A stretch of DNA of 63,217 nt, the filler included, from Choristocarpus tenellus KU-1152 (lineage: Eukaryota; Protista; Phaeophyceae), in the NCBI GenBank assembly GCA_964200185.2. It is 5 parts of 5 records of this genome, joined end to end, with 100 filler letters (N's around TTAATTAATTAA, not from the genome) between each part and the next. Parts side by side here need not be neighbours in the genome. Positions count along the whole stretch, not along the records: positions 1 to 16,466 come from CAXNAD020000824.1; 4 more parts are not named here. One strand, 5' to 3'. The stretch's first letter is position 1. Each line of letters starts with the position of its first letter. Below the pieces are notes generated by a model that was given only the letters and a program-made list of their open reading frames with translations, was not told the origin of the DNA and made no database searches. Below, in pieces: positions 1 to 13,486 of the stretch. Made by a program: the position numbers and the translations under genes.

Positions 1-29
1 CACCCCCCCCCTCCCAGATACTTTGAGCC
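1..29. mobile_element. MITE family A, right end (partial)
   Basis: ccccccc..cccagatactttgagcc matches the family A TIR. Confidence 0.7.
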
Positions 30-205
30 AGTACACACTCTGTGTCTCCTTTGCTTCCTTCCTCCACCAAGTCATACATACATACCATAACATAACATAT
101 ACCAAGAACAAGGCAAGCACACCCTGACCCAGTACACACTCTATGTCTCCTTTGCTTCCTTCATCCACCAACTCGTTGCACATCCACATAACTACATTAT
201 ATAAG

Positions 206-3200
206 GTGTCTGAATGGTTCCGACCTGGGCGTTTTGACTCATTGCGCAACTATATCTCCTGGAGTGGTCGCCAGCGGGAGCTTCACTTCTTTGTGGAAGC
301 ACGGCTTGATGGGCTAGTCTCCAGGGTGGAGGACATTGGCCACAAGGTTAAACACAGGAAGGGTGCAGATTTCTGTTTTTGAGCTCTCATTCCATACAAT
401 CACACTGCTTTCAAATATGTCAAGTTATGGTTTTTGTCTCTGAATGGTGAGTCTGTCTGTGGAAGATGCAAGACCAGTGTTATATGCATCAACATATCAT
501 CATCAGTGCATTGGTACTTTACCATGATAGACAAGTTTATTGACAATAGTACCGTGATGACACCATTACACATGGGTTATGTATCTAGATTTCCTCTCCT
601 TGCAAATTACCTCTCTCTTATCAGAGACTGCAAAGCACGCTGCCTGTTCTCAATCTTTTCCCTTGTGTCTACTAGCAGCAACTCTCAGTCGCAGTAATAC
701 CAGTAATTACATCAATTCATTCACTGTTTCATCCTACTACAAATTGTGTCCCACTCATGCGAAGGCTTAAACAAATATCACCTTGGAAATTCTGTCAGAT
801 AATTCAGAGACTCCAGGGACGGCCTGATAGTCTGACCTACCGCTCAGTCAATGTCATGGCTAGTGAAGAAGCCAAAGCAAAGAACATCCCGCAGACCTAC
901 ATCCTTCCTGGCGGAGATGGGGGCGGAGATATGGTGGGTACTCTTTTGAACAGAAGGGCTAAACACGAATTTCATCCCCTTTTGAGGAAAGCAATAGTAT
1001 TTGTTTCCCATTGAATAATCCCATGTGTATTCAGCTCATCTCTCTCACACAATAAATGGCAAGTAGCAAAAAACCCCTGCAAAATAGAGTGAAACATAGA
1101 AGAAAAATGGTGAGAGTCCTAACCAATATACTTCCATTCCTGTGACTGTTTGTCCCTTTCCTCGATATCCACCTTCATCATAATATGTCCAGCCCTTCGC
1201 CACCATATCAACGAATATGCGCCTGCATTACTTTGCTTCTGGACAACAGGTGGTGTACAAAATGACTGAGAAGTATCAGCGGAACAGAAACACTCCAGCA
1301 GACCAGGACATTGCCAAGCGAACATTTTATCTATCTGACGGTCGCATACAAACAATATACCACTATGCTGATGGCAGTGTGACAAGTGCAAGCAAGGTGG
1401 AGGCTTCTTCCCCAATTCCCACTAAATTTCTTGCTTGCCTGAATTTGTGATGTGAAATAATCAGAGCGTAGTACCCAACTGCAAATGCAGAAAGTGAATA
1501 TTGTGTGAACAAGATTTATTATTTACGCAGTGCAACCACATTAGGTTAAGCTCATACACTAATCATGCAGACGATTTTCCTTGCCTTTTTGGCCTTTGAG
1601 AGAGGTTGATGGTGGACAGCAGCAGCTTCTCTATTTCTAATCCAAGGATTTCCCCAATGTAAACATCCGTATTTGCACCCATGGACCCACAATAGATTGT
1701 GGATGCAAGCATACAGCTCTGCTCAAAACACGAAATTAGTGTGTTGCCTCCCTCATTCTTTTATACTCACTGCTTGTATCCATCAGGTTGCCTATTGTAC
1801 AACAGGGCTCCTACTTGCCATAGCCAAATCATGCATATTTACTGGGATGATGAAAGCTTGGCGTCTTCCTAACTACTACCACATATGACTTGGTTGGCTT
1901 TACTCTCCCAAGATGCATTTCAAGGATAGCCGCGCAAATGCCCCTTTCATATATGAGAATGAAGGCATGAAAGGAGGGGAAGTTTCCATCAATGCACATG
2001 GAGTGGGAACTGGACGAGAAGGAGGTGGGGGGGGAGGAGAGCTGGAGGAGACTCTGCAAGATGTCGTCCTTGCTGAGAAGGTGTTGTTGGTCATAGATTT
2101 TCCTTTCACTTTTGCTATTTTATCACAGCTAAACTGATTGACTGTAGGGGAGGGTGGACAATGCTTCTGTTAACATTCATGTGAGACTCCTGCTGGAGTC
2201 TGTTAGTTGGGTGATTGAGAGTGCAGGATATCCTTAGCATAGTTTGACCCAAATAATTCTCCGTAAAGGTAACCCATGCTGCAATATCTATTTGAGCAAG
2301 AACGCTGTATCTCAAATGTCTTTCTGTGCCCCAAAATTCAATGCCATATTCAGAGTGTCACTCGAAAATCATTGTCTTGTGCTTACATTACCTCCACAAT
2401 GTCCTCCCTTTCCACTCATTGCAATCAACCAAACTTTGTGCATCAGGACTGCTTCACAGAGGCACGGCATTTACACCTTGAGACTTTGGAGCTGATCAAA
2501 CTCAGAGAAAGTCAAGAAAGGTGAGAAGTATAACAGAAAGGCAACTAACTTATTAATCTAGCTGGAAGATGTCCCTGCACTGCATGGTAAGTATTTGATT
2601 GTAGTTTTTCAGTGCATCTTTTGGCGAACATAAAAGCCACACTTGTGCTGGTTCCATCTGGACTCTCCAGTGTTCAACATTCCTCTTTTTCTTTCATGTT
2701 TGTATAAGAAAGGGGGTTGGCAACTCATGATATGCAGGGGAGCTATCGTGCACTCAGTATTTGGTTGTCCCATTCAGAGAAACTGTTGGGAGCTTCTCTC
2801 TACCTGCTTTCTTGTGATTGCCCTGTAGATCCTCTAGTATACAGTGGAACACTACGAGGAGCACAATAGTGTGGAGCTTGGAGGGGTTTAGAACAGTATT
2901 GACAAGGTCTGCAGCTCTAAGCACTTCATCACCCTTCACCTCATGTGCCCCCTTGCTGAACCCTTCATTGCTGCGACTCGTATGCTACACCAATCTCTGT
3001 GCCTGCCACAATAGGTCTGTATCTCTTTCCCGACCACTGTTTGAGACTGCAAGGGAGAGGAGGGCAGAACAAGAAAAGATATCAGAGCAACTTGCTCATG
3101 ATGAAGAAGACGTTGATCACCATCAGGTAGGTTTGGTGTTTAGTTGTGTCGGAGTCAATGTAGGCGAGGAGATAAGAGTTCTACAGGGGGCTAAAAGCGT

Positions 3201-5077
3201 TGCTTATGACCTGGACGGGAATTCATCATGGTAACCAGCTTTTGTTATTACCCCAAACTAAAAACTTAGTTGTGGTAAGGCAATTCTTACAGTTCCTTGA
3301 ACACTGGTACATACTGCTTGTCCTTCCAGATAATTTCATGTCGATGTTTCTGTGGTATTTTCCTGCCAAGCTTGGACCCTGCACTGCCTCCCAGATAAGT
3401 ATTTCAATTCTTCCAGCAGATGGCAACTACCTTACTCCACCCACCCTGATCAATCTGACATCTTCTTCAGGTTGACTACCTGACACCATTTCTGCAGCAT
3501 GTACCAAACGTGCGTAGTATTTCTCTGGAGAATGCACAGCGAGCTCGTGATGCCTGCCTTAAGGCGCTCAAAGATCGTTTACTTGTGAGATACTGCTTAC
3601 TGTATCGTCAGTTTAAGGGGGAGGGGATTGTCATTACTGCCATCAGTCGACACCCAGAATCATTGGTGCCTCTACGCAGTGACATGCAATGCGCCAGACT
3701 ATGCAACAACCCAGTTACACCTAGAGAGGACTTGTTGCACGTACATAATAGGGGCCAAGCATTTGCGTGTGCTGGATAGGAATAGAAAATAGGGAAAAAT
3801 GGCACATATGCAGTTCACACCTTGGTCTTTTGTCTGACATTGATATTCTTTACCTATCTTACTATGAAATTTCCACATGCATCGACCCTGATCATCTCTG
3901 GGGAACATTTTCCCCCTCAAGTTGAGAGCAAGAAGCAGAGTCCAACTACTGAATATCCTACCTCTGAGTTTCAACCACAAATTGGAAATATCTTATAGGA
4001 CTCTGATAAATAATTGTCTTATTCTTACAACTAGAAAGGTTCTGTCTTTATCCCTCTATCCCCTTGGTCTATGTAGTGGGGAGTTTTCACCCTCTTCCAG
4101 AGATTGTCCCTCTGGAGCCCAGAAGTCACACCTTTGCCAAGCCCATAGTTCAATCATTGATGTTGAAGCAAACCAATAGAGGTCAACACAAGGTCGCCAC
4201 CACTAATGCTGTCTGAAGGTTGTCGAAAATTCGATCCATACACTTTTGCATCATATCCAATACCAATATGTTACGACATTACATTTGCCTTGCCTTGTTA
4301 CATTTCTGGACATTAGTTGTGGGCAAGAGATCAATAATTGTCATGTTCATACCCCTACAAGCAACTCTGTGCAGGCCCTGATAAGAAAATCTTGATCCTG
4401 ACCCAATACTTTTTTTTATCTTGGTTGGCTCTGATCTTGATCTTGGCTATGACCCTGACATGGGCCTTCACAATAGGAGCGTGCAAACATAATCAATTCC
4501 CGACTGAATGAGGAAACTAGTGCCCTTGCAAAGAAACAAGCAGCATTCCAGCGCAACCAAAGAGATAATGATGCCAATGCTGAAGAGGAATTCGAGATAT
4601 TCTGCTCAGAGGCCATGTTCCGTATTCAGGTGGGTGGGAAGCCACATGCAGTGTAGAGGAGTTCAGGATCTATTTGTTAAGGGTGAAGTTTCAGTGCAAA
4701 CAGGAGCAGCTACCCTCGGGATAGATAACAATGGGAACACAACGCCTTGCAAAGGATTTGTGTCTTCTCTCAAGAAGTGTAGTTATGCACATATATTACA
4801 TGCCCTAGGCTACGACAGAAACTCTTCTGCATATACTACAGAGGAACAAATGATCCATTGTCAAGAGCTACTCACTCCATCACCTATGTATCCAGCACAT
4901 ATACTTACAGTCTTTTCTTGGCCTACCCTCCATGTTTTCTCAACCCTTCCATCCTGGGGTACTGAGCAGGTCCTTGAGCAACGCCTGGTTCAACACGAGG
5001 AAAGTGCCCTCAAGAAGTATGCTGAAATGGATGCTAGGTTGGGGTCTGACCCCCGACTGAGGGTCCTTGCTGGCTAG
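206..5077 (+). CDS. DRC7: Dynein regulatory complex subunit 7 (CCDC135-like), 3' portion, 5' partial. Exons 206-346, 799-933, 1250-1396, 1913-2080, 2447-2520, 3015-3126, 3471-3584, 4477-4629, 4970-5077
   Basis: Nine phase-compatible exons bounded by AG/GT join into one ORF. It contains ARLDGLVSRVE, KMTEKYQRN...DIAKRTF, VDYLTPFL, RDACLKALKDRLL|ERANIINSRLNEE...KQAAFQRNQ...CSEAMFRIQ|VLEQRL...HE..ALKKY..MD.RL..DPRL*, which I recognise as the DRC7 C-terminus. Confidence 0.9.
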
Positions 5078-6382
5078 TAGGCAATGCTCTCTGCCTGTTA
5101 AGCATTTCTTCCTTGTGAATGACACAGAGTCAATGTCCATATGTACGAGTTAAGGGAGAGGAGGGGATAAGATCACTTTACAATTTACCTCTTGGATGCA
5201 CAAGCGACCTCGTGAGGAATGTGGGAGTTATACAAGATGAGTGATTGACATGAACGTTGAGGTGAAAGGGCAATCGCAATGGTGGGGAAAAGGCGGCACT
5301 TGCTCATTTGAGTGGGTGACAAGGGCCTCTAGTCCACCCTATCAAGTATAGAATAGCATCTTCTTTTGTGTGAATAACCAATTGAAAGGAAGATGTGAAG
5401 ATTACAAATAGGGAAGTGGTATGACAACGGTTTCTCGTCATGAGTTGGGTAAAGATCATGACAATGTCACAGCAGTAATTGATAGTTGTCATGGAAGCTA
5501 TCTGTCGTATCTGTCTGAAAACCTGTTACTTCCCATATGTACAATGCTTGGTGCACTTTGAGGGAGGGCCAAGTTCTTATGTATTGAACTAATACTTTCC
5601 GAGTCCTTGACAGCAATTTGTACTTCTTTCCTTGCAATTCCCCCACCAGAGGAGAATTGCAGATGTGTATATCCATAAATTGCTTGGGCATGGTAAGTTA
5701 CACCAATAAAGCATATTATCATGTGGGTCGATGCCTGGCTGTGTGAAGTGGAGTGTGCATTTATGAGTGTTGATCTGACTTCACATTGGACAATTTTTGT
5801 GTACTGCGCTTGACGCACCTGGAGTATTGTATAGATGTTATACTTCCACACAAGAGTTAGCATGGATGCGTACACACTCTGTTATGATGACATGCATCAC
5901 TAGAAACGTAATTTGTTTGTTCTTAGTGTTGACTTGGGAGCGTTTTCATCGTTGTTACTCTGCTACTTATTTTCCAATATCCCCATAATTTCCATCACAG
6001 ATTATTTTGCTGCACCTCGAGCGTTTATGATATAACTAACTTGATATTTTCGTCCTTCCCATAGTCAGATAGATGAGAACCAGAAGACCACATTTAAGAG
6101 GTGTAAGAGGAAGGGCTTATGGAGTGCATACCCAACGAGTGACTCTTGAACTAATAATGTATGACTCCCTTGCAGGTTGCTGCTTGCTTGGGTCAATCAA
6201 CACATACATACCCAAGGGCTATAGGCACTAGTCTTCAACTGGGAAAGGGTTCGTTGAATGATTCCACTCCAGTCCCATGGTTGAGATGATCTATGATGTG
6301 CCTGGGCAAAGGACAATGTGTGACTTGGTGTGAATATATGGTGGTGTTAATAGGGGGTTGTGGTCTGAAATCCGCTGACTGA

Positions 6383-6643
6383 GAGTCAAAGTAAATGAGA
6401 GGTACCTAGAGTTCCATTTTATGGATGTTTACAAATATGTGGAAAATGCGTCTACGTTTACAAATGCGTATAGGATGCTTTCTGAATTGTGTCCAAAATT
6501 TTCATGCGATAGAGAAACCAATATCCTCAAGTCAAACTTAGCATTTCATCCATAGAAAAATGGGTGTGAGTTGGAAAAGATTGAAAAACTGGCTGAAAAT
6601 GCTAAACGACCAAAACCTGGGTACCTCTCATTTACTTTGGGTC
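6383..6643. mobile_element. MITE family C (261 bp)
   Basis: TIRs gagtcaaagtaaatgagaggtacc and ggtacctctcatttactttgggtc; flanks tga/taa. Confidence 0.85.
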
Positions 6644-6963
6644 TAAACTCGTGGGGTTGAGAGCACCCATTACTATTCCAATATAGTGTGGGGTTTGCGA
6701 TCGCCCTCACTAACTACCTAGGAATACATTATTTGCTTGTTTTCAGTATGACAATCATTGGACATCGATCAATCAATACACCTACTATATGTTGTCATAC
6801 GTATCAAGTACGCAGTGTTTTGGCAACACAATTTATTGGTAGATCCATAACACTGGTTCTCCCAATCCTTTTATCTACTCCACTATTGGTGTCTATAGTG
6901 CACCAGCAGCACTATCCACGTGCAGGATTTCCCCTTTACATACTAACGTCAATACCAGCTATA

Positions 6964-7146
6964 GACCCAAAGTATCTGGGGGGGGAAAGTCAGGGGGTCT
7001 ACACCAGGGTGTCCATTTGGGTCCAAATCAGGAAAAGTGCATTTACATTATCCATCCGGCGTATGCAATCAAATCAACCAAAAATCGCGACATAACAAAA
7101 TTGGCCCCAAATGGACAGCCGCCACCCCCCCCAGATACTTTGAACC
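6964..7146. mobile_element. MITE family A (183 bp)
   Basis: TIRs gacccaaagtatctggggggg and cccccccagatactttgaacc. Subterminal IR tgtccatttggg/cccaaatggaca. Flanks tata/taca. Confidence 0.85.
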
Positions 7147-7199
7147 TACATTCTTCCCTCAGCACCTATCTAACATGTGAGAGATTGGCAAGTCTACCG

Positions 7200-7760
7200 G
7201 TATATTTCTATTTATTTATTTGCACTTCCGTCAGGGACAGGTCGCATTTGGGATCTCCGACTCTTTCATATGAGACGTTGGACGCAATGGTATCCATTCC
7301 GCGCGCCACATTTTGCCTTTGGGTCCAGATAAAGCAGGGCATTCCAATCTCGTTTGTGTAATGATTATGGTGGACGAAAACACCATTTTCAGTTATATAG
7401 TTGACAATTGTGTTTGGATAGACCAGGTTGGAGGATAAAAATAAGTAATCTTTTGAGATGAGAGAGTCAGTCGGAATGGTCTGATTGGACTGAAGTATCA
7501 GCATCATGAGTGATGTCAGTTGTTATGGATTACGTACGTCCTGTTTAACTGCATTTTCTCAAGGTTCTGGCCTTCCTGGCTCACTTCATGTTTGTTGTGA
7601 TGGTCTAGGTTCGAGTTCATGATTTTATGGAAGAAGGATTAATCAAAGTCTGCACTTCTGAGGGGACCTCTTTTTTGGTGGGTTTTGGTCTAATTTTATT
7701 TGCCAGGTTGGGTTTGGAGTTAAGAGGTCCTCCACAATTCATGCACAGAAAAAAACAAAA
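7200..7760 (-). pseudogene. Possible decayed LTR-element gag/protease remnant
   Basis: Degenerate knuckle CMNCGGP (~7725-7745) followed by a weak DT motif (ARGMDTIAS). A similar FECGGNPLKIDC lies at ~48380-48418 (-). Confidence 0.25.
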
Positions 7761-8107
7761 ATCTTGAGCGTGCGCAATATTAGTAATTACTACTACTGTT
7801 GTTACTGTTATTAGCTAATAATATTGTTCGTCATATGTTACTCACCAACGATCCTAACCCGTGGTCAGAGGCATTGCACAGTACAACAGTACTTCTCATA
7901 CTACTCGGAGAACTAATTAGTAGCTACCATTGCACTACGACTCATTCTACTACCTTCTATCCTGACTTGGTTCTCACGTGTTGGATTCAGCACTCCTATC
8001 CCTCGTCCCTCTGTCTCCTCCCTTTCTTGAATCCTCTTCTGAACCCTTACCGAGGTTTCACCTTGATCTTGGTCTAGCGTTTTTGTGTTAAGGGCATGAA
8101 TTATTGT

Positions 8108-8363
8108 GAGTCAAATCAACCGAGAGTTAGGTAGGATTTCATTTTAAGGACCTTGAGAAGCTCAAAATGATGTCATTTTGTATAATTTCATAAAGAAGAG
8201 CCTTTGCCGAAGTGTGATTTCATTTTGTGTTTGGAAAGGGGTAATATCAATTTTGCGTACAAATATTGTGCACATAAAGGCGCAACATAGAGTGTATTGC
8301 ACAAGGCAAGAAAGATGGCTCGGAATGCAAAAGGGTTCAAAGCCCTCTCAAATGATTTGACTC
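8108..8363. mobile_element. MITE family D (256 bp)
   Basis: TIRs gagtcaaatca..cgagag and ctctcaaatgatttgactc; homologous to 16669-16927. Confidence 0.8.
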
Positions 8364-9171
8364 TCTGTATAATAGGACAGGAAATTTATTTTGTTGTTTA
8401 CTCACTTTTTTCTCCAATCTGGAACTTCTACACTACCCCCCACCCCCCCCTACTTAACCTTCTGGCCCGTGGTCAGATGTCAGTTCACACTGCGCTATTT
8501 CTTCTGCCCTAAAACTACCCGTTGTACTACAAAGTTACTCGTGTCATATTTTCTCTGGTGTTGCGTTCAACCCTCACACCTTTTTTTGTTGGTCCCTATA
8601 ATATAGTGTATACCCCCTTCGTTTTTATTGAATTTTCGCACCAAGATCCAGATCTTTCTTCGTGTCCCGTTTTTTGGTTTATTGGAAGATAATCTAAGAG
8701 TAAAGGTACAGTAAAGGTAAAGAGTAAAGGTACAGACGTACCTTTCCACTGTACTAACTTGGTGGTCCATCTAAGTCGAATTTCCTACAAAGAAAACCTG
8801 TCCTGCACAACCGAGGTTCAACCCCATCAATCCCATGACAGATAATCAGGGTGGATAACCAATCACCTGAGTAACGTGGACAAGTTCTTGCCAGGCTTAA
8901 TAGCATCATTGACAGACAATAATCTTGAGAAGAAGCCCGCTAAGGAAGGGGCTCGATCCATCTACAACTAACTATGATCTTTAGTATCCACTTCTCCAAT
9001 AAACTATGATATTCCAGTTGATAAAAGAAAGTGAATTATAATATTAAATGAATTCTTTACAAATCCACAAAAATGACAGTCAGTAGTACTAATGGTGCTA
9101 CGTAGTATTTTGGAAGTAGTAGTACTACACTCTTGTACCTATTCCAGTGTCCCTTAGTCCTGGAAAGCTCT

Positions 9172-12100
9172 ATGGAGAAAGAGGGATCAACACAAACGTT
9201 GGGTGATATTGTTGCACAAGCTGTTCTGCAGCAATTCAAACTGTTGGGTTCCAGAGGGAAGCCACAGGGTAAAGAATGGACCGTGCTCGCTGGCTTGGTC
9301 GTGCAAGACACCAGAGTGAGTATGGGACTGTCGATTTCATAACAGGCTGAAGTGCTTCAATACATCCTATCCGTCACAGTTCCTAAATACCGACAACAAA
9401 TGGCCATTTTAAGGAGGTTGGCGAAGCTGGTCTATCAGTGGTGACTTTGGCGACCGGGAACAAATGCATTGGCAAGTGTAGAATGGCGGTTGATGGATCT
9501 GTTCTCCACGACTCACATGCCGAGGTGAGATACCTTGATTCTTTGCTGGAGCCTGATGTACGAACATAGCCTTCTACCCCATTTTTTGACCTTGCTCTCG
9601 CCCATTACCACCTGAACCTATCCATGTTGTTGGGACGGCTTCAAGGTCCTAGTTCGGAGAGCATTGGTACTATTGCTTTGGAAAGAGCTGGGTGTCCTGT
9701 TACGTGGGAGAGACGAGAACAGTATTAAGAGGGAGCATAAAACACCAGCAGATGAAATACCAAGAAACAGACATCCTGACAAGGCAGATTCTGATAGCAT
9801 GCTTCTATGTCGCACCAAAGAGGGGTGGAGATTGAAGCCCTACCTGAATCTCCACCTCTACGTCAGCGACCCCCCTTGTGGCGATGCCTCTATATACCAG
9901 AGTAATCCAGCGAGCGGCATGGGAAGGGGCACAGGTCCGACACGTAAATGCAAGTACCGATATGCTTGCGCAAGAGTGTTCATGAGTGGCTTTGACTAGT
10001 CATACTGAGGCTTGGTGGATCATCAACGATTGCCTCGTGCGATTTCGATGAACCCCCCCCCTAATCGTTCAATGGCTGGATCCGCAGGAGAAGGAGCAGG
10101 ACTCACTGGTAAGTGCGAACAAGGTCTGGAGTTACAGTCTTGCCAAAGGCCTACAAAACGTACTTGTTTACCAGTTCCGGTCGGAGCCTGCCAAGAGGCC
10201 ACTGCTGTTACTCCAAGACATATCAGCTACAATAAGAGGCACCCAGGGTGCATGAAATTTACTGGGGCCAAGGCGATTGGAAGCTGTGCTTCTGCTGTGG
10301 AGGTTGTGCATAAGAGAGTGATCCAAGGGAAGGCAACAGCTCCTGGTGAGGTGGATGCGATTTTCAAAGAAGACGAGCAAACTTTGGGAGTTCTGCGAAC
10401 GAAATCTGGAAGGAGTGATATCCAGTCCAAGGCACGCACAACTTCGATGTCTTGCAGTGACAAAATTGTCAAGTGGACATTGCTTGGGTTGCAAGTAAGT
10501 TCAGTCGCCTCTTAAGTTATTGCAGTTTTTGACTCACATTTGAGTGCCTTCCTACCACAGTCGATTTTTTGTAATGATCGTACCTACCGAAAAAAATAAG
10601 ACAAAAACAATATCCACACAATGTCTTCTGTGATTTTTCCCTCTGGACCTTGTCATTCCCCTGCTTGGATACTGCAGTGCAATGCAGACTTGCGTTTGTT
10701 CTAGGAGTGTTTCTTCAGTCCCATTTCCAGGGTTGATCCAATCATATTGTATGCCATGTTTTTCTCATGTTTTATGTCATATGTGGCATGTATCTCGAGA
10801 CAGGGAGGACTGCTGTCCATGTGGGTTGAGCCGATTCGGCTGTCATCTATCACTGTCAGTGCTGACCCAAGCACATCCCCAGCAAGCTTGGAGCATGCAT
10901 TGAGACGGGCAGTCCCAGAGAGGGTAGAGCGTGCTTGGCCTGGTGTTGTTACAGGGCCGGAGGACCCTGTGCGCTTGGCTGTCTTTGTAACGAGTGCTGT
11001 GTTTGAAAGAGGAAAGACACAGGTGGGTGGTAGAGCTGATGCTGTTGACTAGCACAAGTAGCGAAGGAGGAACATTTGTTATGTAGAGGAGGTATACCTA
11101 TGCAGAGTTTTGGTGAGATGCGATTGTGACCTTAGGAAACCATTGCCAAGTTATTTCCAATGAGAGTCTCTAGAATAGTAAAAGTTCGCAGCGTTTCATA
11201 AGTGGACAAAAGGTAATCAATGTAATTAGGACAGGGTAGAGCTCATTTTTACATGGTGGGCTAGGTTGCCTTGATACTAAGGATGGTAGGAATCCATGGG
11301 TGATGTAGTTGTCCTTTGGTTGGAAAGTAGATGTGTGAGGAGGCATAGAGTCAAGAACATACTTTTGTTGACACCAAGTTCCCTCCTTCCAGTCTGAGTG
11401 GCAAGTATTGCAGCAGGAGTTTGAAGCTGAATCCAGCGGTGACACTGAAATAGATGGAACCTCTGCAGTGGAAGGAGCTCAGAGTGTTGTAACTTGCACC
11501 TTTGGCAACAAGAGCCAGATGATAAAGCCATCCAAGAGGAGTAGAACACCGAGCGGCACAGCCCTGAACTGGTTTTGCCATCCAAAACAGAGGGGAGGGC
11601 GGGGGAGTTGTGAAGTAGAGGTTACTTTGTCAGGGACAGGGAGGAAGCAGGGTGCGACGGGGCGTGGTGCTTGGTCTCTCCGTACCAGGTGTGCTGAATT
11701 CAAGGTTGCTCTTGGTGTTGGTAAAGGTGTGTTGATATGATGAACCTGCTTGGTGGGGTGAACCATTGGTGAGGTTGGACAGATCGAGAGTTGGATAAGG
11801 AGGTACTTGGGTGGACTTTCTTGTGGAAGGCGTTTCTGAGTGAAAGTCGTGTGTGTATTAGGTCAAAGCCCTCTCTCTACCTGCTGTAGTGTATACAATG
11901 CAAAAAAAAATAGAGTTGATTCTCTTGTTGTCAAATGGGGCAGGTTTCGTTTTTTGTGCAGGCTCAGAGACGAACATCAAGATTTGGCATTACTAGGGCA
12001 CAAACTAAGGTCGATGAGAGGTGTGACCAGGGCGGTTTGAAGTTTTGACTGATGTCAGTGAAAGCATTATGTAGGTTTGGGGTGAAACAGCCTATAAAAA

Positions 12101-13486
12101 AAATCTCATTTATTGAGGTGGGGTTGTCTCATGGGGTCATTTGCCTGGCCTGGCCTGGCCTGGCCTGAACTGAACTGATGGAGAATCTAAATAGTGTTAC
12201 ATGGGTTAAGTTTTCAACAGTAAAGCTTTCTGATAGGATGGAACCAAGTCCGGATTAATCAGTTTATGTTTGTTTGTAAGACCCAGATGATCTTCAAGAA
12301 AATCCTTGATACAGTAGACAATGATAATTGTAGTAGTATTGAAAAGCAACAGGTTCACTGAAGGAATGGGCCATGAGTCCATATTGAGCCAGCAACAAAG
12401 AGCCTACTATTTACCCTTGAAATATTTCCTGTTGCCTCAACTCTCTTCATGACTCTGTAGTGTGCAAACAGGTTGCACATCTTTGAGTTGAATGCAGGAT
12501 GATCCTGCCATGATATCATCTGTTTTGGCTCACATCTCTTTTCAGTGTCAATGTTTGAATGACCCTGACAGAAACACCTACTCTACTTCCATGTTGCACC
12601 ATTTCTGTCGACACCATTGTAACTCAGGCTACAAGCTACCAGCCCTTGTGGCTTATACTCCTCTTGTGAATGGTAACAACTACTGGTGTCCTCAAGAAGT
12701 TTTCCGGATCTCTACTCCTATCTGTCAAGAATTAAATCCAGTTGCAAAAGATGAAATCCATAAAACTGTTTTGCAGCACCTTTGTAATCCTCGAAACACA
12801 TTTACAATCAAAGCATGAACAATCAAAGCATGAACCGACTACCAATACAGGAGACAAAGATATCGCCATCATCATCATCATCACCAGGCTGCATGTCTGA
12901 ACTGACTTTTGCAATGACTATGCTGGTGGTTCCTTGTTTTGTCTACTATTTTGTGCGAAGCTTTGTCTCATGAAGGTTATCCCTTGTTTGTTGAGATACG
13001 ATCTGTAGTTGACGTAGATACCCATGCCTCCTGCAAGTAGTCATCAACCAGTGTCCTAAAACCACACTGTGTGACGCCTAGGATAACTAACCTCTTGGTC
13101 TTGGGCCACTTGAAAAAAAAAAATGCAGGTCTCGTCTGTGCCGAGCAAAGGTACTGGAGGAGGCAGAGGCAGTCATGAGAGTGACTAGTGAAGCATCAGC
13201 TTGGAGTCATTCGTTTGGTACAGAGGTGCAGCTTGGGGGTAATGTGGGGGAGCCTAACCAAAGTGGCGATGGGCACTGTAAATCTACACCATTGCGGGGA
13301 CTGAGGACTTACATAAGACTCAAGGAAGCATGTGGCAGTTACAGGATGCGTAGGAAAGCCATGCTGTCTCACCCGATGTTTGATTCCTGGCTGGTGGGCA
13401 ATGAATCCCTGCAGATGTTTTTAGTCGGTGGTGACGGTGTGGTTCCAATGAGCTCTACTGCGCCTGAGGGGGGGGGGGCACAATGA
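9172..13486 (+). CDS. ADAT1: tRNA-specific adenosine deaminase 1 (ADAT1/Tad1-like, ADAR-family deaminase domain, no dsRBD seen). Exons 9172-9315, 9414-9524, 9646-9943 (or 9934), 10088-10494, 10804-11022, 11393-11688, 13129-13486
   Basis: The spliced ORF has GKPQGKEWTVLAG, LATGNKC, LHDSHAE|VLVRRAL, HLYVSDPPCGDASIY, TGAK, GVLRTKSGR, SMSCSDKIVKWTLLGLQ|GGLLS, ALNW, GRKQGAT, SRLCR and the C-terminal TY..LK....Y.....L....F..W. All Zn ligands (HAE, PC, SC) are present. Confidence 0.88.

Noticed and set aside
9172-13486. ADAR-like mRNA editor
   Set aside because: No dsRNA-binding domain; the N-terminal GKP...EWTVLAG and overall layout fit ADAT1.
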